This document shows, one piece after another, positions 48,364 through 56,967 of a stretch of 64,000 bases of DNA (its first letter is position 1; each line of letters begins with the position of its first letter). Origin of the DNA: Chromatiales bacterium (GTDB lineage Bacteria > Pseudomonadota > Gammaproteobacteria > JAHELT01); assembly GCA_024644045.1 (NCBI GenBank), contig JAHELT010000005.1, positions 8,149 through 72,148 on the forward strand, read 5' to 3'. Under the pieces are notes generated by a model, which worked only from the letters and a program-made list of their open reading frames with translations, was not told where the DNA came from and searched no databases. The translations under genes and the position numbers were made by a program.

Positions 48364-48996
48364 ATGCTCAGCATCCAGGACGCCACCGATTGCCTGGTGA
48401 TCATCGACGTGCAGAACGATTTCTGCCCGGGCGGCGCGCTGGCGGTGCCCGACGGCGACGCGGTCGTGCCCGCCATCAACTCGCTGAGCAGCCGGTTCGG
48501 CCACCGCGTGCTGACGCAGGACTGGCATCCTGCCGGTCATCTTTCCTTCGCCAGCAGCCATCCCGGCAAAGCGCCCTACGCGACCGCGACGCTGGACTAC
48601 GGCGAGCAGGTGCTGTGGCCGGACCACTGTGTGCAGGGCACGCCCGGGGCCGCGTTCCACGAGGCGCTGAGCACCCTGGGCTGTGAGCTCGTGCTGCGCA
48701 AGGGGTTCCGGCGCGAAATCGATTCCTACTCGGCGTTCTACGAGAACGACCGCAAGACCCCGACCGGCCTGAGCGGCTACCTCGGCACCCGCGGTTTCAA
48801 GCGGCTGTTCATGTGCGGGCTGGCGACCGACTTCTGCGTCGCCTACTCGGCGCTGGACGCGCGGCGCGAAGGATTCGAGGTTTACGTGCTGGACGACGCA
48901 TGCCGGGCGATCGACCTCGAAGGCTCGCTGGCCAATGCCTGGCAGCAGATGCAGGACGCCGGCGCTGAACGCATGAATACCGCGCTGCTGAAGTAG
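48364..48996 (+). CDS. pncA: Nicotinamidase/pyrazinamidase
   Basis: IDVQNDFCPGG, TQDWHP, WPDHCV, RKG..DSYSAF, GLATDFCV. Confidence 0.93.
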   Translation: MLSIQDATDCLVIIDVQNDFCPGGALAVPDGDAVVPAINSLSSRFGHRVLTQDWHPAGHLSFASSHPGKAPYATATLDYGEQVLWPDHCVQGTPGAAFHEALSTLGCELVLRKGFRREIDSYSAFYENDRKTPTGLSGYLGTRGFKRLFMCGLATDFCVAYSALDARREGFEVYVLDDACRAIDLEGSLANAWQQMQDAGAERMNTALLK

Positions 48997-49064
48997 GCGT
49001 ATTCGTCCTTCTTTGCTGCACCTCTCAATCTCCACCCCCGCGGGGGCGAAGGCTATTTTTTGTT

Positions 49065-49099
49065 CCCCTCTCCTGAAGGAGGGGGTCAGGGGTGAGGGG
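49065..49099. repeat. REP-like element CCCCTCTCC-TGAA-GGAGGGGG-TCAGGGGTGAGGGG
   Basis: Palindrome plus G-rich tail between convergent genes, of the widespread CCCTCTCC...GGAGAGGG...GGGTGAGGG type. Confidence 0.6.
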
Positions 49100-49101
49100 T
49101 C

Positions 49102-49845
49102 TCAGGATTCACGCGGGCATCGCCCGGCGCCGAGAATTCTGCCCAGGTCCTGCTTCTGCACGAATACCGCGCAGCCCTGGTTGTCACCCAGCGCCACGCC
49201 CGGCACCGTGAGCTTTACACCCCCGCTCTGCCAGGTGCCGATCTGGCTGAGGTCGGTCACCACGTTGTAATTTTCAAGCTTCTTGCCGTGATTCTCGCCC
49301 CCGGTCACCTCGGTGGTGTGGTGCAGGTCGTAGCGCGCGAGCCACACGGCCGCGCCATCCGGGGCCTCGCCGGCGATCTCGACGAGCAGATTCCGCGCGT
49401 CCAGACGCGCGTTCACGGTCAAGGGCGCCGGTTCGCGCTGCACCTGGCCGATGCGTTTCTCGATGGTGGACCCCGCGGAGCCCACCGCCGCGTAGCGGCC
49501 GCCGATGACCATCTGCGGCGTATAGACGCCGCGGCGTCCCTGCAGACGGGCCGAGGCATAGCGACGCTGGCGCAGCGTGTACTCCGGCTTTGAATGCACG
49601 TCCTCCCAGTTGCCCGCGGAACCCCAGATCAGGTCGTTCCAGTAGTCGACGTGGAACTCCAGGGCAATGACCTCCTCGCCGCGCACGCGCTTGAGCTGAC
49701 CGAGATACTTTTCGGCAGCCGGGCAGGAGTAACATCCCTGCGAGGTAAACAGCTCCACGATCACGGGCTGCGGCTGCCCGGCGTGCGCGCTGCCCAGCGC
49801 CGCCAGGGCGAGTGAAATACTCAGGATCAGCTTACCGCTCGACAT
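49102..49845 (-). CDS. DUF1223 secreted thioredoxin-like protein
   Basis: Signal peptide, VELFTSQGCYSCPAA, FHVDYW, YTPQMV, GENHG; GAGGAG RBS. Confidence 0.9.
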   Translation of the reverse strand: MSSGKLILSISLALAALGSAHAGQPQPVIVELFTSQGCYSCPAAEKYLGQLKRVRGEEVIALEFHVDYWNDLIWGSAGNWEDVHSKPEYTLRQRRYASARLQGRRGVYTPQMVIGGRYAAVGSAGSTIEKRIGQVQREPAPLTVNARLDARNLLVEIAGEAPDGAAVWLARYDLHHTTEVTGGENHGKKLENYNVVTDLSQIGTWQSGGVKLTVPGVALGDNQGCAVFVQKQDLGRILGAGRCPRES

Positions 49846-50053
49846 AGTGACTCCTCGCTCGAAACGCCTGAAAACGTAGACCGTTTTACCCGCCGGGCGT
49901 TGCATCAATCATCACACAGAGATCACGGACCAGCCAGATCACGACGCTCGTTCGTCAAAACCGTGTCACCGGATCGCCAAGCATGTGTGATGTAAGTCAT
50001 TGTTTTACAGAGGTAATGTGCGGCACGTCACGTAAAACCCGCAGATCGCATTC

Positions 50054-50069
50054 TGGCACGCTGCCTGCT
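50054..50069 (+). promoter_or_regulatory. Sigma54-type promoter
   Basis: TGGCACG-CTGC-CTGCT with GG-N10-GC spacing; IHF-like TAAGTCATTGTTT at 49993-50005. Confidence 0.55.
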
Positions 50070-50103
50070 ACAACTGCGGCAACGAATCAGCTAGAGGTGT
50101 GTG

Positions 50104-50283
50104 ATGAACAACAGGACGCGCAAACTGCAGCTTTTCATGCGTGCGCTCAGCGTATCGGAGCTGGAAGGCAACCTGGTGCGCAACGTCGAGACCGAGCTCG
50201 CGCGCATGGACCCCGAGCGCTCCATCGGCTCCCAGAGCGGTCTGCACAACGCCGTCTCATTGCCGGAGCTGGCCGAGGACTAA
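50104..50283 (+). CDS. Small hypothetical protein (59 aa)
   Basis: GAGGT RBS; follows the sigma54-like promoter. Confidence 0.5.
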   Translation: MNNRTRKLQLFMRALSVSELEGNLVRNVETELARMDPERSIGSQSGLHNAVSLPELAED

Positions 50284-50378
50284 CCTGCATAGTGCATGAA
50301 GGCGGGCGCGTTTGTTCGTCGAATCCGACTGTTGAACTTCTATCCGAGCAACATTGCCCACTGGTGAAAAGGCCGGCC

Positions 50379-51368
50379 TCAGGCCGGGAAGAAATCGATG
50401 GGCAGCGTGGTCTTGATGGTGCCGACTTGCTTGGGCCCGAAATTGATCAGCTTGATCCGCGCCAGCAGCTTTCGCTCCAGCGCGGGCGCAGCGAGCTCGC
50501 TGGACAGCAGCTTCACCGAAGTCACCTGGCCCGATGGCGCGATGGTGATCTCCAGCACCAGCTTGCCCTTGAGCGTGGGATCTTTGCGCAGTTCGCGATT
50601 GTAAATACGGAACAGTGCGCTCTTGTTCTTGTCGATGACATCGCTGATCTCTTCCTCGGTGCGCGCGGCAACGCGTTGCTTGGTGCTGGCTTTGGCAACG
50701 GTAGCGCCCTGCGTGGTGGCAGGCGCCTCCACCCGGCTCGTGGTGCGCGCCGCCAGCTGGGTGCCGCCGGTGCTGGTGCTCAGCGCGCTGGTGTTGATGC
50801 CGCCGCTGCCCTGGCTGGCGCCGGCGCCCGAGGTCACGATGCTGCGGGTCGGCGCCGTGACCTGCTTCGCCGCGCGGGTTTGCTCGCCGGCGACCTTCAG
50901 CTTTTTCGTGTTCCGGGTCAGATTGGCGACCGATGACAGGTCGCGCAGACCGGCCAGCTGATCGGAGAATGCCAGTATCCCGGAGCTCGCGGCTTTCTTG
51001 CGCGCCTGCTGGGTGGTCTGCTTTTTCGGCGCCGGCTTCGGCTTGGGCTTCTCCACCTTGGGCTCGGGTTTCTTCTCCGGCTCCGGTTTCTTCTCCGGCT
51101 TCTTCTCGGGTTTCTTCGGCTCCACCTTCGCCACCTTGGGCGGCGGTGGCGGCTGCTGTTTGCGTTGCAGGATCAGCTGCGCGACACGCGGCGGCAGCTC
51201 CGTTACCTCGCGCTCGGCCCGCTCGGGCAAGGGTAGAAACGGCATCACCAGGGAAAGAAACAGGAACGTCAGACCGACGATGAGCAACAGGCGCCGGAAA
51301 CGGCGCTCGTCCTCGGGGATCGCGACCCACGGCAGCTCCGGCGAGATCCTGGCGGTGGCCGCGTTCAT
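50379..51368 (-). CDS. TonB-like AgmX/PglI C-terminal-domain protein (GltG-like)
   Basis: Single TM helix, Pro/Lys/Glu linker, RTEEEI...YNRELRKDPTLKGKLVLEITIAPSGQV. Confidence 0.85.
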   Translation of the reverse strand: MNAATARISPELPWVAIPEDERRFRRLLLIVGLTFLFLSLVMPFLPLPERAEREVTELPPRVAQLILQRKQQPPPPPKVAKVEPKKPEKKPEKKPEPEKKPEPKVEKPKPKPAPKKQTTQQARKKAASSGILAFSDQLAGLRDLSSVANLTRNTKKLKVAGEQTRAAKQVTAPTRSIVTSGAGASQGSGGINTSALSTSTGGTQLAARTTSRVEAPATTQGATVAKASTKQRVAARTEEEISDVIDKNKSALFRIYNRELRKDPTLKGKLVLEITIAPSGQVTSVKLLSSELAAPALERKLLARIKLINFGPKQVGTIKTTLPIDFFPA

Positions 51369-51862
51369 GTGGCCTTCTGCACCACGGACAGCGAGATGCG
51401 CCCGAAGCCCGCTTTGGTGCAGGTGAGCATCACTCGCTTCAACAGGCTGAACGGAATCTCCTTGTCGCCCATGATGGTGATTTCGCGCCCGGCCGGACCC
51501 GCGTCGACCACCGTCACCCGGCGCCGTTGCGCCTGCTCGCGCAGCGCCGCATCCAGGGATCCGATCTGCGTTTGCGCACCGCTCATCGCCTGGGCGATCG
51601 ACGTAACGCGCCGCCCCTGCAGCAGGATCTCCTCCTCGGTGACCATCACCACCAGCGTCTCGCGCGGCTTCTCGGCCGCCAGCGACTCGGGCAGCTGAAT
51701 AGCTTTCGCGCTCGGCAGCACCTCGACGTCGCTCGAGTTCACCAGCAGGAAGAACACCAGGATGGTGAAGATGTCCATCAGCGAGATGATGTTGAAGCCG
51801 GGCGTCCTCGATTGACGCTCGTGGCGACGTTCCATGCGTTGTGCGCGGCGCGACATCTTCAT
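51365..51862 (-). CDS. ExbD/TolR family protein (AglS/AglQ-like)
   Basis: NIISLMDIFTILVFFLL, MGDKEIPFSLLKRVM. Confidence 0.9.
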   Translation of the reverse strand: MKMSRRAQRMERRHERQSRTPGFNIISLMDIFTILVFFLLVNSSDVEVLPSAKAIQLPESLAAEKPRETLVVMVTEEEILLQGRRVTSIAQAMSGAQTQIGSLDAALREQAQRRRVTVVDAGPAGREITIMGDKEIPFSLLKRVMLTCTKAGFGRISLSVVQKAT

Positions 51863-51911
51863 ACCGGCGCGCTCCGCATGCGGCCCGTGCGCCTACCGCC
51901 CGCAGCAACCA

Positions 51912-52397
51912 TCAGCCAGCCCTGCGCGGCGCATCGCCGATCGAGATCTGGGGAAACAGCGCCGCACGCGACGCCTGGTTGTTGTCCAGACGCACCGCGT
52001 CCATGATCTGCACCAGCACATCGTAAGACACGTTCGGCTCCAGCAGCAGCGTGATGTCCTGCTTGTTCGGGAAGCGTTCCTTGACCTTCTCCAGGTAGCG
52101 CGTGAGCTCGGCGAGGGGATAAACGCCGTCACGCGCGCGCAGGCGCTTCAAGGGTCCGCTGCTGCGGTCGCCGATCACCAGCTCGGCGTCCCGCACGATC
52201 ACCTCCAGCTGCAGCGTCCGCTTCTGCGACTGTCCGGCCTGCTCGCTGGTCGGCAGGTTCAGCTCGAGGATCGTGATGCGGGAAAACACCGCCGTGATGA
52301 GCAGAAACGGCACCAGCACGACCATCAGGTTCATGAAGGCCGTGATGTTGAGCTCGGGCTGCCGGGCGCGGCGTGTACGCCGCCAACGCGCTCTCAT
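51912..52397 (-). CDS. ExbD/TolR family protein (AglQ/AglS-like) with Asn at the usual TM Asp position
   Basis: ELNITAFMNLMVVLVPFLL, VSYDVLVQIMDAVR, LFPQIS. Confidence 0.88.
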   Translation of the reverse strand: MRARWRRTRRARQPELNITAFMNLMVVLVPFLLITAVFSRITILELNLPTSEQAGQSQKRTLQLEVIVRDAELVIGDRSSGPLKRLRARDGVYPLAELTRYLEKVKERFPNKQDITLLLEPNVSYDVLVQIMDAVRLDNNQASRAALFPQISIGDAPRRAG

Positions 52398-53047
52398 TGC
52401 GCGGGCGCCTCGCGCCGCTGGACGTTACCGATCAGGTTCAGCAGCTTCACCGATGCCATCTCGATGCTGTCCACCAGCTCGGTAGTCTTGGTCTGCAACA
52501 GCGCGTGCACCAGCAGCAGCGGAATTCCCACCATCAGGCCGAACGCGGTGGTGTTCATCGCCACCGAGATACTCGCCGAGAGCAGATCGGCTTTTTCCGC
52601 CGGACTGGCGCTCGAGACGGCGGTGAATGCTTCGATCAGGCCGATGATGGTGCCGAGCAGCCCGAGCAGCGTGGCGATGTTGGCGAAGGTCGCCAAATAA
52701 TGCGTGCGCCGTTCCAGCCGCGGGATCACCTCCATCAGCCCCTCCTCCATCGCCATCTCCAGGTCTTCCCGGCGGCGCGCCGTCTTCGAGCGCGTCAGCG
52801 CATAGCTCAGGATCTTGCTGATCGCGGTTTTCGACCTGGCCGCGGCGGACAGGGCCTGCTGGAACTTGCCGCCTTCCAGCATCGGCTGAAACTGGTTCCA
52901 TTCGCGCCGGTTCTTGGCGCTGGACAATCCCAGGTACACGTAACGCTCGATGGCAATCACCATCCCCAGCGCCAGCACCACCACGATGGGATACATGAAC
53001 ACACCGCCGGACTGAAAGAAACCGACGATCGCGGTATAAGCTTCCAT
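52394..53047 (-). CDS. MotA/TolQ/ExbB proton channel (AglR-like)
   Basis: ATLLGLLGTIIGLIEAF, ISVAMNTTAFGLMVGIP. Confidence 0.93.
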   Translation of the reverse strand: MEAYTAIVGFFQSGGVFMYPIVVVLALGMVIAIERYVYLGLSSAKNRREWNQFQPMLEGGKFQQALSAAARSKTAISKILSYALTRSKTARRREDLEMAMEEGLMEVIPRLERRTHYLATFANIATLLGLLGTIIGLIEAFTAVSSASPAEKADLLSASISVAMNTTAFGLMVGIPLLLVHALLQTKTTELVDSIEMASVKLLNLIGNVQRREAPAQ

Positions 53048-53217
53048 AACCAATCCCCTTCAAACTCTCGACAAACCGGTGCGAACCGCCCCGCTTCCTC
53101 CGGGCGCCCGCAGCGCGAATCCCGCGCACGCGCGGACTCCGCTGTACCGCAAGGTCCCTGCGCGGCAGCGTATCTTTCGCACAACGGTTAACGGCCGTTG
53201 CGCGTCTGAGTGAACGA

Positions 53218-53538
53218 TCACTCGATCGCGAAGCCCGCCTCGTAATAGCGCAGCTCGCGGCGGAACACCGGCGGATCTATTGGATTGAGCTGCTCGCGCA
53301 GCAGGCTGCCCTCCGGCTCACCCGCCAGATCGCCCGGCAGAGCGCGTTTCCAGGGCACCAGCGTGATGGTTTTCGGCAGCTCCGGATTGCCGACGATCGA
53401 AATGCCGTCCAGCTCGATGACATCGTCCTGGGCCGCGGCGGGGGTGACCGCGAGCAGCAGCGTAAGGGCCAGCAGCGCACGCGCAAGCGCCCGTCCCGGC
53501 ACCCCGGCACGACCCGCGCGACTGCGCCCGGCACTCAC
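53218..53538 (-). CDS. Small exported protein (GltF-like)
   Basis: Signal peptide then IELDGISIVGNPELPK...VPWK; GTGA overlap with the upstream stop. Confidence 0.7.
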   Translation of the reverse strand: MSAGRSRAGRAGVPGRALARALLALTLLLAVTPAAAQDDVIELDGISIVGNPELPKTITLVPWKRALPGDLAGEPEGSLLREQLNPIDPPVFRRELRYYEAGFAIE

Positions 53539-54191
53539 TGGCCCCGACCCGTGCGCCGCTTTAAATCGACGATCCACAATCCGACGCGCTCCGCCTGTGC
53601 GCCCCCCAGCTCCACATAGCGCGCATAGTGTGACAAAGCGCAATCCGCCTGGCGTAGAAACAAGTCACACAAAATGCCCATATTGAGGTGCAGCGGCGCG
53701 TAATCCGGGCTGGCGTCGAGCGCCTCGCGGTACAGGCCCCGGGCGGCCTCGAAGCGCCCGGCGCGGCGCTCGGCGATGGCCAGCTGATTGAGGACCACCG
53801 GGTGTCCGGGCCGCAGCACCAGCGCATCGTCGAACGCCTGACGCGCGCCCGGCAGGTCATCGAGCCGCAACCGCGCGATACCCAGATTCACGTGCGCCCC
53901 CACCAGGTCGGGGTTCATCTGCAGGATCTGCTCGAGCAGCTTGCTGGCTCCCTCGTAGTCCTCCTCGCGCATGCCCGCGAGCGCCTCATCGAAGGTTTCC
54001 AGGGTTTCGAGGTTCGGCGGCATGGGACCGATCAGCTGCGGCACCGGCTGCGCCGCTCCGCCCGCCGGCGCCGCGTCCGGGGCGGACTCCGCCTCCGGTT
54101 CCGCGACGGGTGGCAGAGAGCCGCAGCCCGACAGCATCAGCGCGGCGCCGGCGGCCAGCGGCAGCCATGAACTACTGCAGCGTTTCGACAT
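53535..54191 (-). CDS. TPR lipoprotein (GltE-like)
   Basis: LSGC lipobox, NLGI, NMGILCDLF, WIVDLKRR. Confidence 0.85.
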   Translation of the reverse strand: MSKRCSSSWLPLAAGAALMLSGCGSLPPVAEPEAESAPDAAPAGGAAQPVPQLIGPMPPNLETLETFDEALAGMREEDYEGASKLLEQILQMNPDLVGAHVNLGIARLRLDDLPGARQAFDDALVLRPGHPVVLNQLAIAERRAGRFEAARGLYREALDASPDYAPLHLNMGILCDLFLRQADCALSHYARYVELGGAQAERVGLWIVDLKRRTGRGQ

Positions 54192-56967
54192 AGGGCTCGA
54201 CGAACTCCTGCTTGGCGTAGCGAACCGGAAGCAGGGTAGCCAGACTCTCGAAACTGCGCTTGATCCAGTCGTCGTAGAGGTCCTCGGCCGCCCGCTGCGC
54301 GTTGACCTCGTGCACTTCGATGGCCTGCTCCTCGAAAGGGAACGCCTGCTCCTCGAGCAGGATCTCGTACTGCTCGAGCTCTTCCGCGTTCAGGTTACCC
54401 GGCCGCTGCGACTGAAACAGCGCCTTACTGAACCCGTGGTAGATATCGGCGATATGAAAGGTCGCTTCAGTGGCGACCTCGGCGATTCCGTAGTCGGCTG
54501 CACGGCCGTACGCCTGCAGGGCGTTTTCCATGTTGGCTTTCTTGCGCGGCAGGCTCTCGTTCAATGGAATGGTCAACGTGTCTCTCTCGTAGGCGCGCCG
54601 GTAGGGTTCGGCCAGCGCCAGCGACGCGTGCGCCGCCAGGAAGCGCGTGCGCTCAGACCGCTCGCTGCCGGCATTCGCGTCCGCGATCACGATCTGCTGC
54701 AACCAGTAGCGGCGCGCTTTCTGATCGTCGAGCGCTTCGCTGAGCGTCAGCAGACGCTGGCGTATCTCGATGCTCTCCGCCACCGGCTTCGGGAACGCCT
54801 TGACGAACCGCTGCAGGGTGCGCGCGGTCTCCCGCGGCGCGTCGGCCTTTGCATAGAGTTCGGCGGCCTGCAGCAGCACCGCGCGCCGTTCCTGTGGATC
54901 CTGACTGGTCGCTTCGATCCGTTCGAGCTCGCCCGCAGCGTTGATCGGCTGGTCGCTCTCGAGGTACGCGAAGGCAAGCTTGCGCGTCACCTCGGGCTGC
55001 AACGGATGCTCCGCGTAACGCCGGCGGAAGGCCTGCAGCACGTTGACGCTCTGCCCCCAGTCCTGCAAGCCGATGAGCGCGGCCGCGGCATCGAACTCCG
55101 ACGTGGCGCGGATTTCGGCATCGGGCACCACCTGACCGACACGCAGGAAGTGCCCGGCCGCGACGCGCAGATCACCGCCTTCGCGTGCGCTCTCCCCCTG
55201 CTTATAGATCGAGGCGGCGAGGCGTTGCGAAAGCTCGCCGTGCAGCGGTTCCGTCTCGGGGGTGACCCGGCGCGCCTCGGTATAAGCCGTCTCCGACTCG
55301 GCGAACCGCTGCCTGTCGAAATCGGTGTGCGCGGCCACGATCCAGGCGCTGCGGCGCAGCCTGTCCGGCAGCGCAACCGGCCACGCCAGCACGTCCTGCG
55401 CCGCCGCGTGGGCCCGCTCGAGATCGCCGGCGGCGTAAAGCGCCTCGCTGGCGCGCGTCAACACCACCGGTGCCTGCCCGTGCTGCGGGTACGCCGCGGC
55501 AAACCGCAGGGCGGAGTCCGTCGCCTGAGCGCGCACCGGCTTTGCCTGCTCGGGCTGCAGCGTCTTGGCGTGCTCTTCATAGGCCAGCAGCGCCGCGTAC
55601 CCGGCCTCCGCGTTCTGTGAATGGTCGGGTTGGTCGTAAGCGGTGCGCTCGTACTCAGCGGCGGCCTCACCGAAGCGCCGGTTCTCGAACAGCGCCTCGG
55701 CGAGCAGGAAATTCATCTCGGGCGCCTCCTGCGAAGTGCCGAAGTCGCGCAGGAAAACACGGTACCAGTGGGCCGCCTTGTCATAGTCCGGACTGCTTTT
55801 CTCGCGCTGAGCCGTGGCGTGATAGTGGCGTGCCAGGCCGTCCAGGTTGGCCTTGAGGTGGGCAAGCACTTCCGGCGACGAGCCGGGGCTGCGCTGGCGC
55901 CAGTAATCGGTCGTCAGATCGTAGCGTTCGACGAACGCGACCTTGGCATCCAGCACGCGGCTGGCAAAGCCCGCCTGCTCGTAGACGTCGATGACCCGCA
56001 CCAGAAACAGCGGCGCCTTGTCACTCATCGCGTAATCCTGCGAGTAGTCTTCCAGGGTTTCCGCGGCGTCGTTGTAGCGCTCGCCCTCCAGGTAGAACTC
56101 CGCGAGGCGCTCATAGAGCAGATCCAGGTACGGACGCTCGCTGCGCTTGTTGAAGTATTCTCGGATGCTGTTCGCGCCGTCCTGGTATGAGAAGGTCAGG
56201 CTGACGGCGCGCAGCGCATCCTCGATTCGCTCCCGCTCCCCGCGCGGCATCGCATCGAGCACCGGCCGTGGATCGCCGGCGCCGGCAAAACGGCGGTCCA
56301 GCAAGGTGAGAAACGAGTCCAGCCCGGCGTCGTACTGAAACTGCTTGAACAGTCCCCAGCCGTGCTTGTACAGCGACTGCTCGTAGTACGGTGAGCGGTC
56401 CCCGTAGTCGATGACTTGCGCATACGCATCAACCGCATCGGGAAATTCCTTGGCGCTGAACAGCAGCTCGCCGCGCCGGAAATGCACCTCGTCGATGCGC
56501 TGCGATTGCGGGTAGCGCGCGGCATAGGTGGTCAACGCGGCGAGCACCCTGTCGGCATCGCGCTGCGATTCGTACACGCGCGCCAGCTGGTAGTAGACTT
56601 TTTCGGCCTGCTCGCTGTCGGGATGGTCGCGCAGCACCTGCTGATAGAGGATGGTCGCCTCGCGGTAGGCCTGGTCGATGCGCTTCTCGTCACGGCCCTC
56701 GCCGCGCGAATCCTCGACTTCGCCGAGCTCGAGCTGCAGATCGGCGAGCCGGCGCATGATCTCCGGCGCGAGCTGCGTATCGCTCACCTGCGGCAGCAGC
56801 CTGCGATAGCTGGAGATGGCCTGATCGAGACTCGCCTCCACCGGCACTTCCTCGATCTCGGTGGCGACACGGTTGCGCAGGCTGGCGATGGTCTGAGAGC
56901 CCTCGTCCGGGCCGGGCGGCGCGGTGGCGCATCCGGCGAGCAGCAGCAGGCAAAGCCAGCGCTTCAT
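54172..56967 (-). CDS. Large TPR lipoprotein (GltD-like)
   Basis: LAGC lipobox, many TPRs, EQYEILLEEQAFPFEEQAIEVHE. Confidence 0.85.
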   Translation of the reverse strand: MKRWLCLLLLAGCATAPPGPDEGSQTIASLRNRVATEIEEVPVEASLDQAISSYRRLLPQVSDTQLAPEIMRRLADLQLELGEVEDSRGEGRDEKRIDQAYREATILYQQVLRDHPDSEQAEKVYYQLARVYESQRDADRVLAALTTYAARYPQSQRIDEVHFRRGELLFSAKEFPDAVDAYAQVIDYGDRSPYYEQSLYKHGWGLFKQFQYDAGLDSFLTLLDRRFAGAGDPRPVLDAMPRGERERIEDALRAVSLTFSYQDGANSIREYFNKRSERPYLDLLYERLAEFYLEGERYNDAAETLEDYSQDYAMSDKAPLFLVRVIDVYEQAGFASRVLDAKVAFVERYDLTTDYWRQRSPGSSPEVLAHLKANLDGLARHYHATAQREKSSPDYDKAAHWYRVFLRDFGTSQEAPEMNFLLAEALFENRRFGEAAAEYERTAYDQPDHSQNAEAGYAALLAYEEHAKTLQPEQAKPVRAQATDSALRFAAAYPQHGQAPVVLTRASEALYAAGDLERAHAAAQDVLAWPVALPDRLRRSAWIVAAHTDFDRQRFAESETAYTEARRVTPETEPLHGELSQRLAASIYKQGESAREGGDLRVAAGHFLRVGQVVPDAEIRATSEFDAAAALIGLQDWGQSVNVLQAFRRRYAEHPLQPEVTRKLAFAYLESDQPINAAGELERIEATSQDPQERRAVLLQAAELYAKADAPRETARTLQRFVKAFPKPVAESIEIRQRLLTLSEALDDQKARRYWLQQIVIADANAGSERSERTRFLAAHASLALAEPYRRAYERDTLTIPLNESLPRKKANMENALQAYGRAADYGIAEVATEATFHIADIYHGFSKALFQSQRPGNLNAEELEQYEILLEEQAFPFEEQAIEVHEVNAQRAAEDLYDDWIKRSFESLATLLPVRYAKQEFVEPYVETLQ

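Noticed and set aside
51025..51135. Short tandem nucleotide repeats
   Set aside because: They encode the PEKK/Pro-rich TonB linker; not a CRISPR array or independent repeat
51369..51908. N-terminal extension of the 509-aa TonB-like ORF
   Set aside because: Overlaps ExbD in another frame; the real start is the ATG at 51368, overlapping the ExbD stop
53971..55620. 549-aa plus-strand ORF (likewise 4089-5696, 21130-22485, 28648-29952, 42600-43880, 57033-58262)
   Set aside because: Shadows of well-supported minus-strand genes
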